DNA of 64,000 bases, from contig CACENJ010000003.1 of assembly GCA_902560855.1 (NCBI GenBank), positions 16,180 to 80,179 of the forward strand. Reading direction: 5' to 3'. How positions within the stretch are numbered: position 1 is the stretch's first letter; the number at the start of each line of letters is the position of its first letter. Origin of the DNA: an uncultured Pelagibacteraceae bacterium. Its GTDB lineage: Bacteria > Pseudomonadota > Alphaproteobacteria > Pelagibacterales > Pelagibacteraceae. A program made the position numbers and the translations under genes. Below the pieces are notes generated by a model, which made no database searches, was not told where the DNA came from, and worked only from the letters and a program-made list of their open reading frames with translations. Shown here in pieces: positions 1-8,132 of this stretch.

Positions 1-511
1 TTAAATCCCATGTTCCACTAGCACATACTTGGGCAGCGTTAGCGTGTGGATGTCTCCACCAATCTAAATAAAATCCTGGAGCATAATCTGCTGCCTCAAC
101 AGGTATTACAGCTCTAAATTTATTTGGATGACGTAACGCTAATTGTAAAGCAACATTTCCACCAAAAGACGAGCCCATAAAAATTGGTTTTTGTAACCCC
201 AAAGCATCACATAACTTTACAATAAAATTACAGTAATGTTCTGCTTTTAACTTGTATTCTTCTTTCCACCATTCTTTATTATGTGGTGGATCTGATTTTC
301 CATGTCTTGGAAGATCATAAGCAATTACATTGTAATCTTTAGTAATTTCTGGGTCTTCAAGCAAACCTCTCCATTGATGATTATGACATCCAGCAGTATG
401 TTGACAAATTAAAGGTATCCCTTTTCCATTTTGAAGATAAAAAACTTTGTATTCACAATCGTCAACCTCAATTGTAACATAACGTCCTATAACATCATGA
501 TGTTTTACCAT
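1..511 (-). CDS. alpha/beta hydrolase (3' end runs off window)
   Basis: Not in the ORF track. Hand translation from ATG at 511 (RBS AAGGAG upstream) gives MVKHHDVIGRY...CQHTAG...AYDLPRHGKS...FMGSSFGGNVA, i.e. the DLPxHGxS motif and a G-S-S-F-G nucleophile elbow. Frame is open to the window edge. Confidence 0.85.
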   Translation of the reverse strand, partial: MVKHHDVIGRYVTIEVDDCEYKVFYLQNGKGIPLICQHTAGCHNHQWRGLLEDPEITKDYNVIAYDLPRHGKSDPPHNKEWWKEEYKLKAEHYCNFIVKLCDALGLQKPIFMGSSFGGNVALQLALRHPNKFRAVIPVEAADYAPGFYLDWWRHPHANAAQVCASGTWDL

Positions 512-542
512 TTTAAAACTCCTTTTAATTCAAAATTTTTCA

Positions 543-932
543 TTAAACTGGCACTCCTGTTTTTCTTAATAGTTCAAACTGAACTGTGAAATTTCTAAGA
601 TTTTTCATTAAAACCAAATGATTGCCTTCAATTTTTAAGTCTTTTAAGAAACTTGCTGACCATATGCCATGGTACATTGGTTTTGGCATTGGTTGGCCAA
701 ATTCTCTCCAAGTTTTTGCTGATGCTCTTAAAGCAAAGTCGTATGGATCTAAAGGCGAAGGACTTGTATTGATATTTTTTACCTTGCCATCGTGCATTTC
801 AATAATTACTTTTGCACTTTCCATATCAAACATAAATGAGCATGTATAATATTTTGCCATAGCTTTAATAGTGTCGTCACTATTAGTAGCTTCTTCATAC
901 TTTTTTGCCCAGTTATCTAAACCACTACTCAT
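543..932 (-). CDS. SCP2 (sterol carrier protein 2)-like lipid-binding protein
   Basis: 129 aa. Pattern 'IIEMHDGKV...DFALRASAKTW...LKIEGNHLVLMKN' resembles SCP2-fold proteins. Co-oriented in the rhodopsin-flotillin operon. Confidence 0.55.
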   Translation of the reverse strand: MSSGLDNWAKKYEEATNSDDTIKAMAKYYTCSFMFDMESAKVIIEMHDGKVKNINTSPSPLDPYDFALRASAKTWREFGQPMPKPMYHGIWSASFLKDLKIEGNHLVLMKNLRNFTVQFELLRKTGVPV

Positions 933-947
933 AATATTTTACTTTCG

Positions 948-2915
948 TTACTTAGAACCTTTGGTTCCTTTAGTTGGATCATTATCGAAGTTCATATGAT
1001 AATCTTTTTTCGGATTATCATAGTCACCAAGAATATTTCTGATGTTGCTTATTTCTCCAGGATTCATTCCAATTTCTTTAAGCAAACTATCTAGAAATGG
1101 TTGGTGTGCTCTATAACGTAATGCTGAACTAACAACGTTATCAGCTAGATTACCACTTCTTCCAGATCCTCCAGTAGTAGAAGATTCTCCACCACCTGAA
1201 CCAGAGGTTCCACTAAATCCAGGTAAACCATTAACATCAACAATTTTTATATCTCCGATGTTTGCCATTGGTTTAACACTTTCTCTAATGATTGCTTCAA
1301 TTTTTTCAGCAAGTTTTAATCTTAAAGCGCTTCTTCTGCTGGCATCGCTTCTTAAATTCTCAGCAGCATTTAATGCTTCCTTACCGGCTGCATCTATTTC
1401 ATATCTTAGTTTTGCTGCCATGGTTTCATATCTATCTTGCTCAGCTTTCGAAGCTGCAGAAATAACATCAACTTTTTTAATACCCTGAGCTTTTTCAACA
1501 TATCTTGCTGAGTTGGCTTTCTCTTCAGCTTCAATTGCTTTCGCTCTTGTAGATTCTTCTTCAGCTTTAGATTTCAAAACTTGTTTTGATTTATTTATTA
1601 TTTCAAGATTTTTTTGATGTTCTTCTATGCTTAATCTCTTTGCTTTTTCTATATCAAGAAGTCTAACTTCTCTTTCTGTCTCAATTTTATGAGAATCTAT
1701 ATTTTTTTGCTGAGCAATTTTAGCATTTTTAATTTCTTGTTCAGAGATTATTTGTGCTTCTTCTGCATCTTTTTGTCTTTCAGATTGTTCTTTAATGATG
1801 GTAGCCTTTTCTTGTGCACGTTTCATGTCAACAAGTCTCTGTTTTTCAAGTCGCGCATATTCACTTTCTTTGTCCAAATTTAAGATTTTAACTTCTGTTT
1901 CTAAATCTTTTTGTCTTATTTCGTAAGCAGCATTTTTTTCTAACTCATTTTGCTCTTTTCTACGTTTTTCTATTTCCTCAATTAATCTTGTTTCTGTTAA
2001 TTTTCTTTCAACTTCGATAACCTGATTTTGAGAAATTTTTGCAACTTCAATTTGTTCTTGGCTTCTTATCTCTGCCTCTTCAGCTTCACGTTCTTTTTCT
2101 GCTTTTTGTTTTACAGTTTCAGTTCTTTCGTTAGCTTTTTGAATAGCTACTTCTCTTTCTTGTTGATATCTAGAAAACTCTTCATTTTTTTTTATTTCTA
2201 ATTCTTTTTGGATAGTTTCTAAATTTTTATTTTCAATTGAAATTTTTGTATCCTGCGTTATATCGTTTCTTTTTTTCTTTCTAGACTCAATTTGTTCAGT
2301 TAATTGTGTCAAACCTTGTGAGTCAAAAGTATTTGCAGGATTAAACTGTTCAATTGGAGTTTGATCTAAAGATATTATTGAAACAGTTTCTAATGCTAGA
2401 CCTGTATGACCAATGGATGCATCTGCTATCTTTGTGACTTCTTTTACAAATTGTCCTCTATTTTCTTGAATCTCATCTAGTGTCATTTTTGCAGCAACTT
2501 CCCCAAGTGCATCTGCAAAACGTCCCTGAACAACTTCTCTTAAATGTTCAGGATCAAGAGTTCTGTTACCTAAAGTTTGAGCTGCAGTTGATACTGCTCT
2601 TTCGTCAGGCGGAACTTTTGTAAAAAATTCTGTTACAAGCTCAGCTCTCATTCTATCTTTTGTTATTAAAGATTTATCTCCGCCCCTTTTAATTGTTATG
2701 CTTAATGTTCGCATTCCAACCTGTGTAATATTGTGAATTATTGGTAAGACAAATGCACCGCCAGATATAACAACCTTTTCTCCAAGCATTCCAGTACGTA
2801 CAAATGAAACTTCTTTTGATGATCTTCTGTATAGCCAATGCAATAAATAAACTATAATTGCTATCGCCAATGCTAATAAAATTATTGCTGCTATTATATC
2901 TGCTCCTCTTGTCAT
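948..2915 (-). CDS. flotillin (SPFH/Band 7 family, YqiK/FloT-like)
   Basis: N-terminal TM helix, SPFH domain (FVRTG..GEKVV..GGAFVLPIIH; LITKDRMR), long E/K/A/Q coiled coil, C-terminal Flot region (IIRESVKPMANIGDIKIV). RBS AGGAGG. Confidence 0.93.
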   Translation of the reverse strand: MTRGADIIAAIILLALAIAIIVYLLHWLYRRSSKEVSFVRTGMLGEKVVISGGAFVLPIIHNITQVGMRTLSITIKRGGDKSLITKDRMRAELVTEFFTKVPPDERAVSTAAQTLGNRTLDPEHLREVVQGRFADALGEVAAKMTLDEIQENRGQFVKEVTKIADASIGHTGLALETVSIISLDQTPIEQFNPANTFDSQGLTQLTEQIESRKKKRNDITQDTKISIENKNLETIQKELEIKKNEEFSRYQQEREVAIQKANERTETVKQKAEKEREAEEAEIRSQEQIEVAKISQNQVIEVERKLTETRLIEEIEKRRKEQNELEKNAAYEIRQKDLETEVKILNLDKESEYARLEKQRLVDMKRAQEKATIIKEQSERQKDAEEAQIISEQEIKNAKIAQQKNIDSHKIETEREVRLLDIEKAKRLSIEEHQKNLEIINKSKQVLKSKAEEESTRAKAIEAEEKANSARYVEKAQGIKKVDVISAASKAEQDRYETMAAKLRYEIDAAGKEALNAAENLRSDASRRSALRLKLAEKIEAIIRESVKPMANIGDIKIVDVNGLPGFSGTSGSGGGESSTTGGSGRSGNLADNVVSSALRYRAHQPFLDSLLKEIGMNPGEISNIRNILGDYDNPKKDYHMNFDNDPTKGTKGSK

Positions 2916-2933
2916 AAATTATACCTCCTTAAT

Positions 2934-3632
2934 TTAAGCCTCTTTCCTTGTATCTTCTAAAGCCGCACTATAAATTATCATTCCAAAAATAATTTTATTC
3001 AATATATCGGCTAAGTTGTAAATTATGTTTAAGCTGTTGATGTTTGCTCCTCCAGCTAAGTGCTCTATAAAATATCCAATATGATAAATCGAAAAACCTA
3101 TTGTAATGATTAATCTATTTGCAAAAAATGCCATTTGAACACTTTCATTGCCACACGATGCGTTTTTCCTTCCCGTATCTCCCATGTAAAGCTCGCCAAT
3201 GATATAAAGCCAGCCAACTATACCAACCAGGAATCCTAGTGTAACACTCATATATCCATATGCTCCTAGAAGCTGAGCTATTACCCAAACAAGTGTTCCG
3301 ACAAGCAAACGCCAAAACATTCCTCTTTTAACGTCAGTAACTGACTTTAACATTACATAAAAAGTCAATATTGTAAGTGGAAAGGTTAAAATCCAATCAA
3401 TATATCTTAGCGCGGTTGGCGCTTGACCATTTAAAACCCATAAATTTTTTGCATAGAAGTAGTGTATAGAGGACATTAGAGCTATTACGCCTACAAGATT
3501 CATGGCCGTACCCCATCTGTTCGACAAACGACCTCTTTCAAGAAAGAAAAATATTGCTGCACCTATCATTGCAACAGAAATTAACCAAAAAGATCCCCCA
3601 ACAACGTCTTGTGGAAGCAATAATTTGTTCAT
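2934..3632 (-). CDS. flotillin-associated microbial rhodopsin (FArhodopsin-type proteorhodopsin paralog, DTT motif)
   Basis: 7-TM pattern. Helix C RYIDWILTFPLTILTF (D79/T83/T90), helix G YNLADILNKIIFG (D209, K213), His57. Directly upstream of flotillin with an 18-bp gap. Confidence 0.92.
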   Translation of the reverse strand: MNKLLLPQDVVGGSFWLISVAMIGAAIFFFLERGRLSNRWGTAMNLVGVIALMSSIHYFYAKNLWVLNGQAPTALRYIDWILTFPLTILTFYVMLKSVTDVKRGMFWRLLVGTLVWVIAQLLGAYGYMSVTLGFLVGIVGWLYIIGELYMGDTGRKNASCGNESVQMAFFANRLIITIGFSIYHIGYFIEHLAGGANINSLNIIYNLADILNKIIFGMIIYSAALEDTRKEA

Positions 3633-3950
3633 GAGTCCCTTTTCACTCCCTATTTAAAATTATTCTAAATAATTTAGATATTTAAATTCAAATTTTGTCA
3701 CAAATCAATCTAAAATGTCTTAATTTTTTATATATATATTTTTTAGAAGTAGATTCTAAAAAAATTATTTTAAATCTAACGAGAAAAAAATAAATTTTTT
3801 TATAAAATACAATCCATACTAGATTTATTTTTATTTCAATTAATACTAGAATTTTTTCTAACTTTTTTAATTTTTCAAAGAAATTAAATTGACTGTTTAT
3901 AATCCTAAAATTTTATTTCGTTGGCCATTTATTAATTATAATATGTGTCA

Positions 3951-4589
3951 ATGCTATCCAAAGTAATAACTATTTCGCAGCAAAAAGGTGGCAGTGGAAA
4001 AACAACGCTAGCCGTTCATTTAGCTCTTGCTTTCATAAAGTATCATAATTTAAAAGTTGCTGTCATTGATACAGACCCTCAAGGAAGTTTGGGTAAATGG
4101 TATATGATCAGAACAGAAAAAAAAGTTTCGAACGATAATTTAACTTTTAAAACTGCTAGTTTGTGGGGAGCTCAATATGAGTCAAAAGCATTAAAAAAAG
4201 ATCATGATATTGTAATTATAGATACGCCTCCAAAAATAGAATCTGATGCTCGACCATCTATTGAGTCTGCAGATTTAGTTTTAATTCCTGTAGCGGCATC
4301 TCATGTTGATTTTTGGGCAACAGGTGCGATTGTTGAAATAGCAAAAAAAGCAAATAAAAAAATTTTAATACAAATTAATAGATCAAGCCAAAGATCAAAA
4401 CTTATTACCAAAACAAATGAATTTATAAAAAGTTTAAATCTTTCTGCAACTAAAACAATAATTGGAAATCGTCAAATTTTTGCCGCCTCTATGGGTGAAG
4501 GCAAAACTGCTGTTGAAAAACAAAAGAAGAGTAACGCTGTTGAAGAAATTAAGCAGCTCTCTGAACAAATCTTGTCAGAAGTAAAATAA
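3951..4589 (+). CDS. ParA/MinD-family ATPase (orphan, short ParA type)
   Basis: Deviant Walker A QQKGGSGKTT, IDTDPQGS, IIDTPP. No parB adjacent. ATG at 3951 preferred over GTG at 3945. Confidence 0.88.
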   Translation: MLSKVITISQQKGGSGKTTLAVHLALAFIKYHNLKVAVIDTDPQGSLGKWYMIRTEKKVSNDNLTFKTASLWGAQYESKALKKDHDIVIIDTPPKIESDARPSIESADLVLIPVAASHVDFWATGAIVEIAKKANKKILIQINRSSQRSKLITKTNEFIKSLNLSATKTIIGNRQIFAASMGEGKTAVEKQKKSNAVEEIKQLSEQILSEVK

Positions 4590-4591
4590 TA

Positions 4592-5059
4592 ATGTCTGTT
4601 CTGTTAACTACAAAAAAAATAATTAAAGAATGGACTGATTATAACAACCATATGAATTTATCATATTATATTTTAGTATTTGATATGGGAGCAGAAGTAT
4701 TTTTATCAAAATTTAATATGGGAGAACATTCCGCCAAAAATACAAAAAAAAGTACAATGGTTGTTGAAACTCATACTACTTATAATAACGAAGTAAAAGA
4801 AGGTGATGAAGTTGAAGTTTTTCTTTCTCATTTTGATCATGACAAAAAAAGGTTACATTACAAATTAGAAATGTATGAAAAAGGTAAAAATATACTATCT
4901 GCAAGTACTGAAGTCTTGTCTTTATATATAGATTTAAGTCTAAGAAAAGTTACAGAATTTGAAGACGAAAAAGCTGAAATTATGAATGAATTTATAAGTA
5001 AAAATAAATCTAATTTTAAATCTGAAAGTTTACATTTCTCAAAAAAACTAAAAAAATAA
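4592..5059 (+). CDS. hotdog-fold thioesterase (4HBT-like; related to the carnitine-pathway thioesterase domain)
   Basis: EWTDYNNHMN motif; ETHTTYNNEVKEGD; DKKRLH. Confidence 0.8.
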   Translation: MSVLLTTKKIIKEWTDYNNHMNLSYYILVFDMGAEVFLSKFNMGEHSAKNTKKSTMVVETHTTYNNEVKEGDEVEVFLSHFDHDKKRLHYKLEMYEKGKNILSASTEVLSLYIDLSLRKVTEFEDEKAEIMNEFISKNKSNFKSESLHFSKKLKK

Positions 5060-5115
5060 TTAATAAAAAAATTAAAATTGATGACAAAAATATACCTCAG
5101 ATGTAATGTTTGATT

Positions 5116-5949
5116 ATGGAAATTAAATTATTATCAGGAGCCTTAGGTGCTGAAATTAAAGGTGTTGATCTTAAAGATACCTCTGATGAAAATTTTAAAA
5201 AAATTAACGATCTACTTTTAGAGCATAAAGTTATTTTTTTTAGAGGTCAAACAATTACTTCCGAAGAACAAATAGCTCTAGCAGAAAAATTTGGTCCCTT
5301 AGAAACACATGCTTACGTTAAAGGTTTAAAAAAGTATCCTGAAATAGTTAGAATAATAAAAGCTGAAGATGAACAAAACCAATGGGGAGAAAATTGGCAT
5401 AGCGATGTTAGTTATAATGTCAAACCTACAAAAGCTGTAATATTAAAATCATTAAAAATACCTCCGGTAGGTGGAGATACATGTTTTGCAAATATGGAAC
5501 TTGCTTGGGAAACTTTAGATGAAGAAATAAAAAATAAAATTAGAGATAAAAAAGCAGTGCATAGTTCTTTAGGTGCAGAATTTTTTTTAGATAGTTATAA
5601 AAAAATGGAAGGCAATAAAAAAAAAAATTATAATGAATATTCAAATGAACATCCAATAGTAAGAACACACCCGGAAACAGGTAAAAAAATACTATTTGTA
5701 AATTGGACATATACCAAAAAAATTATTGGTTTAGATAAAGAAGAAAGCGATAAAGTTTTAAATAAAATTTTTGAACATCAAGCTAGGCTAGAATTAACTT
5801 GTAGATTCACTTGGACAGAAAATACAGTATGTATATGGGATAACAGAAGTGTTATTCATTTTGCAATTGCTGATTTTTACCCTGGAAGAGGACTTGGGTA
5901 TGAAAGAGTTATGGATCGAATTGCAATAGAAGGGGATGCGCCAGTTTAA
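5116..5949 (+). CDS. TauD/TfdA-family Fe(II)/2-oxoglutarate dioxygenase
   Basis: LGAEIKGVDL, WHSDVSY (HxD), GGDTCFANM, HPIVRTHPETG, WDNRSVIH. Confidence 0.9.
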   Translation: MEIKLLSGALGAEIKGVDLKDTSDENFKKINDLLLEHKVIFFRGQTITSEEQIALAEKFGPLETHAYVKGLKKYPEIVRIIKAEDEQNQWGENWHSDVSYNVKPTKAVILKSLKIPPVGGDTCFANMELAWETLDEEIKNKIRDKKAVHSSLGAEFFLDSYKKMEGNKKKNYNEYSNEHPIVRTHPETGKKILFVNWTYTKKIIGLDKEESDKVLNKIFEHQARLELTCRFTWTENTVCIWDNRSVIHFAIADFYPGRGLGYERVMDRIAIEGDAPV

Positions 5950-6489
5950 TTGAAATCAATAATAAAAAAAATAATTAAAAATTATAAAACTAATAAATCA
6001 CTCTACATAGGTGAGAAAGTGACTATGACTGAACATATGATTCAATCGGCAATGTTAGCTGAAAAAAATAAGTGCTCTTCTAGCTTGATATGCGCTTCTT
6101 TACTTCATGATTATGGTCACTTTATTTTGGATAATCCAGATGAGTTAGTAAATAAAAAAAAAGATGGAAAACATGAAGATATTGCTTATCTATATCTCAA
6201 AAAATATTTTAAAAAAAATGTTGTAGAACCAATAAAAATTCATGTTAAAGCAAAAAGATATTTGGCGAGAAATGAAAAATATTACAAAATTCTTTCACAA
6301 GCTTCTAAAGCTAGTTTGCATTTGCAAGGTGGAGTTATGAATGATGAAGAAGCTGAAAAATTTGAAAAAGAAAAATTTTTCGATGATGTAATTAAATTGA
6401 GAAAATTTGATGAAGCTGCAAAAAAAATAGGTATCAAAATGAAAGATATTAATGATTATAAAAATTTATTAAATTCAAATTTATTATGA
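5950..6489 (+). CDS. PhnZ/TmpB-like HD-domain di-iron oxygenase
   Basis: YIGEKVTMTEHMIQSA, LLHDYGH, KHE, HVKAKRYL, SLHLQGG, LRKFDEAAK are the PhnZ-clade HD motifs. TTG start abuts the upstream stop. Confidence 0.8.
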   Translation: MKSIIKKIIKNYKTNKSLYIGEKVTMTEHMIQSAMLAEKNKCSSSLICASLLHDYGHFILDNPDELVNKKKDGKHEDIAYLYLKKYFKKNVVEPIKIHVKAKRYLARNEKYYKILSQASKASLHLQGGVMNDEEAEKFEKEKFFDDVIKLRKFDEAAKKIGIKMKDINDYKNLLNSNLL

Positions 6490-8066
6490 AATTTGATTAC
6501 GTGATTATTGGAGCGGGTTCAGCTGGATGTGTGCTTTCAAATAGACTATCTGAAAATACAAATAACAATGTAGCTGTCTTTGAAGCTGGAGGACCAAGTG
6601 ATATTTGGAAAGTTAAAATGCCTCTTGCTCTACTCTATACTATGCACGACCCAAAATATAATTGGAAATATTATTCTGAACCAGAACCACATTTAAATAA
6701 CAGAAGATTATTTTGCCCAAGAGGAAAAATGATTGGGGGATGCTCTGCGCACAATGGAATGGTTTTTGTAAGGGGAAATAGAGACGATTATCAACGTTGG
6801 GAAAATTTTGGACTTAAATCTTGGTCTTACAATAAAATTCTTCCTTATTTTAAAAAAATTGAATCATGGTCAGGTGGAGAAAATCAATACAGAGGTTCTT
6901 TTGGTTTGCTCCCTGTTGATCAATCAAAGAATGACAATCCTTTATTTAATGCTTTTTTAGGAGCGGCTTCAGAAGCAGGACATAAAATTAATCCTGATAT
7001 GAATGGAGAATATCAAGAAGGTTTTGGTATGTTTGATACAACAATTCATAATGGTGAGAGGGCAAGTGTAGCAAAATATTATTTAAATCCTATCAAAAAT
7101 AGGAAAAATCTAAATATTTTTTCCAATTCATTTGTGGAAAAAATAATTTTTGACGGGAAAAAAGCTGTTGGCATTGAAGTAAAAATAAAAAATAAAATTG
7201 AAAAAGTTTTTGCAGAAAAAGAATTAATATTAAGTGGTGGCTCAATTAATTCTCCTCAATTATTAATGATTTCGGGTATTGGAGATGCAAATCATTTAAA
7301 AGAAAAAGGAATAACTGTTATTAATGATTTAAAAGGTGTAGGAAAAAATCTTCAAGATCATTTAGAAACATACATTATGCAAGAGTGTAAAACTCCCGAT
7401 ACCCTTTATACTTATACAAAATTAATTCCAAAAGTGCTCGCTGGTATACAGTGGTTTTTATCTAAATCAGGCCCTTGCTCGAAATCATATTTGGAAGCTG
7501 GAGGATTTGCCAAATCTTCACCTCAAAGAAAAATGCCAAATATACAATTTCATTTTTTTCCATCATTTGTAATTAATCATGGTTTGGTTAGTCCAAGTTC
7601 TCATGGTTATCAGTTGCACGCAAGTCCAAATCATCCAAAAAGTAGAGGATTGATTACTCTTAATTCATCTGATCCATATGATTATCCAAAAATATTATTT
7701 AACTATTTAGAAGATGAAGATGATTTAAGACAAACAAGAGAATGTATTCAAGTTGCAAGAAAAATCTTATCAAAACCTTCTTTAGTTAAACATGCTGGAA
7801 AAGAAATTGGACCTGGGTCTGATAAACAAAGTGACGAAGAATTAAATGAATATATTAGATCTAATGCAGAAACTGCTTATCATCCGTGTGGAACTTGCAA
7901 AATGGGTGTGGATGATATGGCTGTTGTTGATGAAAATTTAAGAGTTAAGGGAGTAAAAAATTTAAGAGTTGTTGATGCTTCTGTAATGCCTGAAATTCCT
8001 AGCGCAAATTTAAATGCACCAACTCTTATGATTGCTGAAAAAGCCTCTGATCTTATTTTAAACTAA
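6486..8066 (+). CDS. betA: GMC oxidoreductase, choline dehydrogenase-like
   Basis: GAGSAG FAD-binding motif, PRGKMIGGCSAHNGMVFVRG, VGKNLQDHLE, YHPCGTCKMG, NLNAPTLMIAEK. ATGA overlap with the HD gene. Confidence 0.75.
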   Translation: MKFDYVIIGAGSAGCVLSNRLSENTNNNVAVFEAGGPSDIWKVKMPLALLYTMHDPKYNWKYYSEPEPHLNNRRLFCPRGKMIGGCSAHNGMVFVRGNRDDYQRWENFGLKSWSYNKILPYFKKIESWSGGENQYRGSFGLLPVDQSKNDNPLFNAFLGAASEAGHKINPDMNGEYQEGFGMFDTTIHNGERASVAKYYLNPIKNRKNLNIFSNSFVEKIIFDGKKAVGIEVKIKNKIEKVFAEKELILSGGSINSPQLLMISGIGDANHLKEKGITVINDLKGVGKNLQDHLETYIMQECKTPDTLYTYTKLIPKVLAGIQWFLSKSGPCSKSYLEAGGFAKSSPQRKMPNIQFHFFPSFVINHGLVSPSSHGYQLHASPNHPKSRGLITLNSSDPYDYPKILFNYLEDEDDLRQTRECIQVARKILSKPSLVKHAGKEIGPGSDKQSDEELNEYIRSNAETAYHPCGTCKMGVDDMAVVDENLRVKGVKNLRVVDASVMPEIPSANLNAPTLMIAEKASDLILN

Positions 8067-8120
8067 TGTTAATAGGGACTCTCCCTGGGTAAAAAGAAGA
8101 TGAGAGAGTCCCTGTTAACA
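8067..8120. terminator. long inverted repeat between convergent betA-like and amt genes; probable bidirectional terminator
   Basis: TGTTAATAGGGACTCTC (8067-8083) / GAGAGTCCCTGTTAACA (8104-8120): 17-bp stem with one G-U pair and a 20-nt loop. T-run at ~8125-8131. Confidence 0.65.
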
Positions 8121-8132
8121 AATATTTTTTTA

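Noticed and set aside
1250-2300. Repetitive ttc/ttt-rich DNA suggesting a tandem repeat or array
   Set aside because: It is the E/K/Q-rich coiled coil of flotillin; there are no discrete repeat units or spacers, so it is not CRISPR.
2934-3632. Canonical proton-pumping proteorhodopsin (prd)
   Set aside because: No donor Glu (DTT, not DTE), altered helix D/F pocket residues, no signal peptide, and no blh/crt genes nearby; it is linked to flotillin instead.
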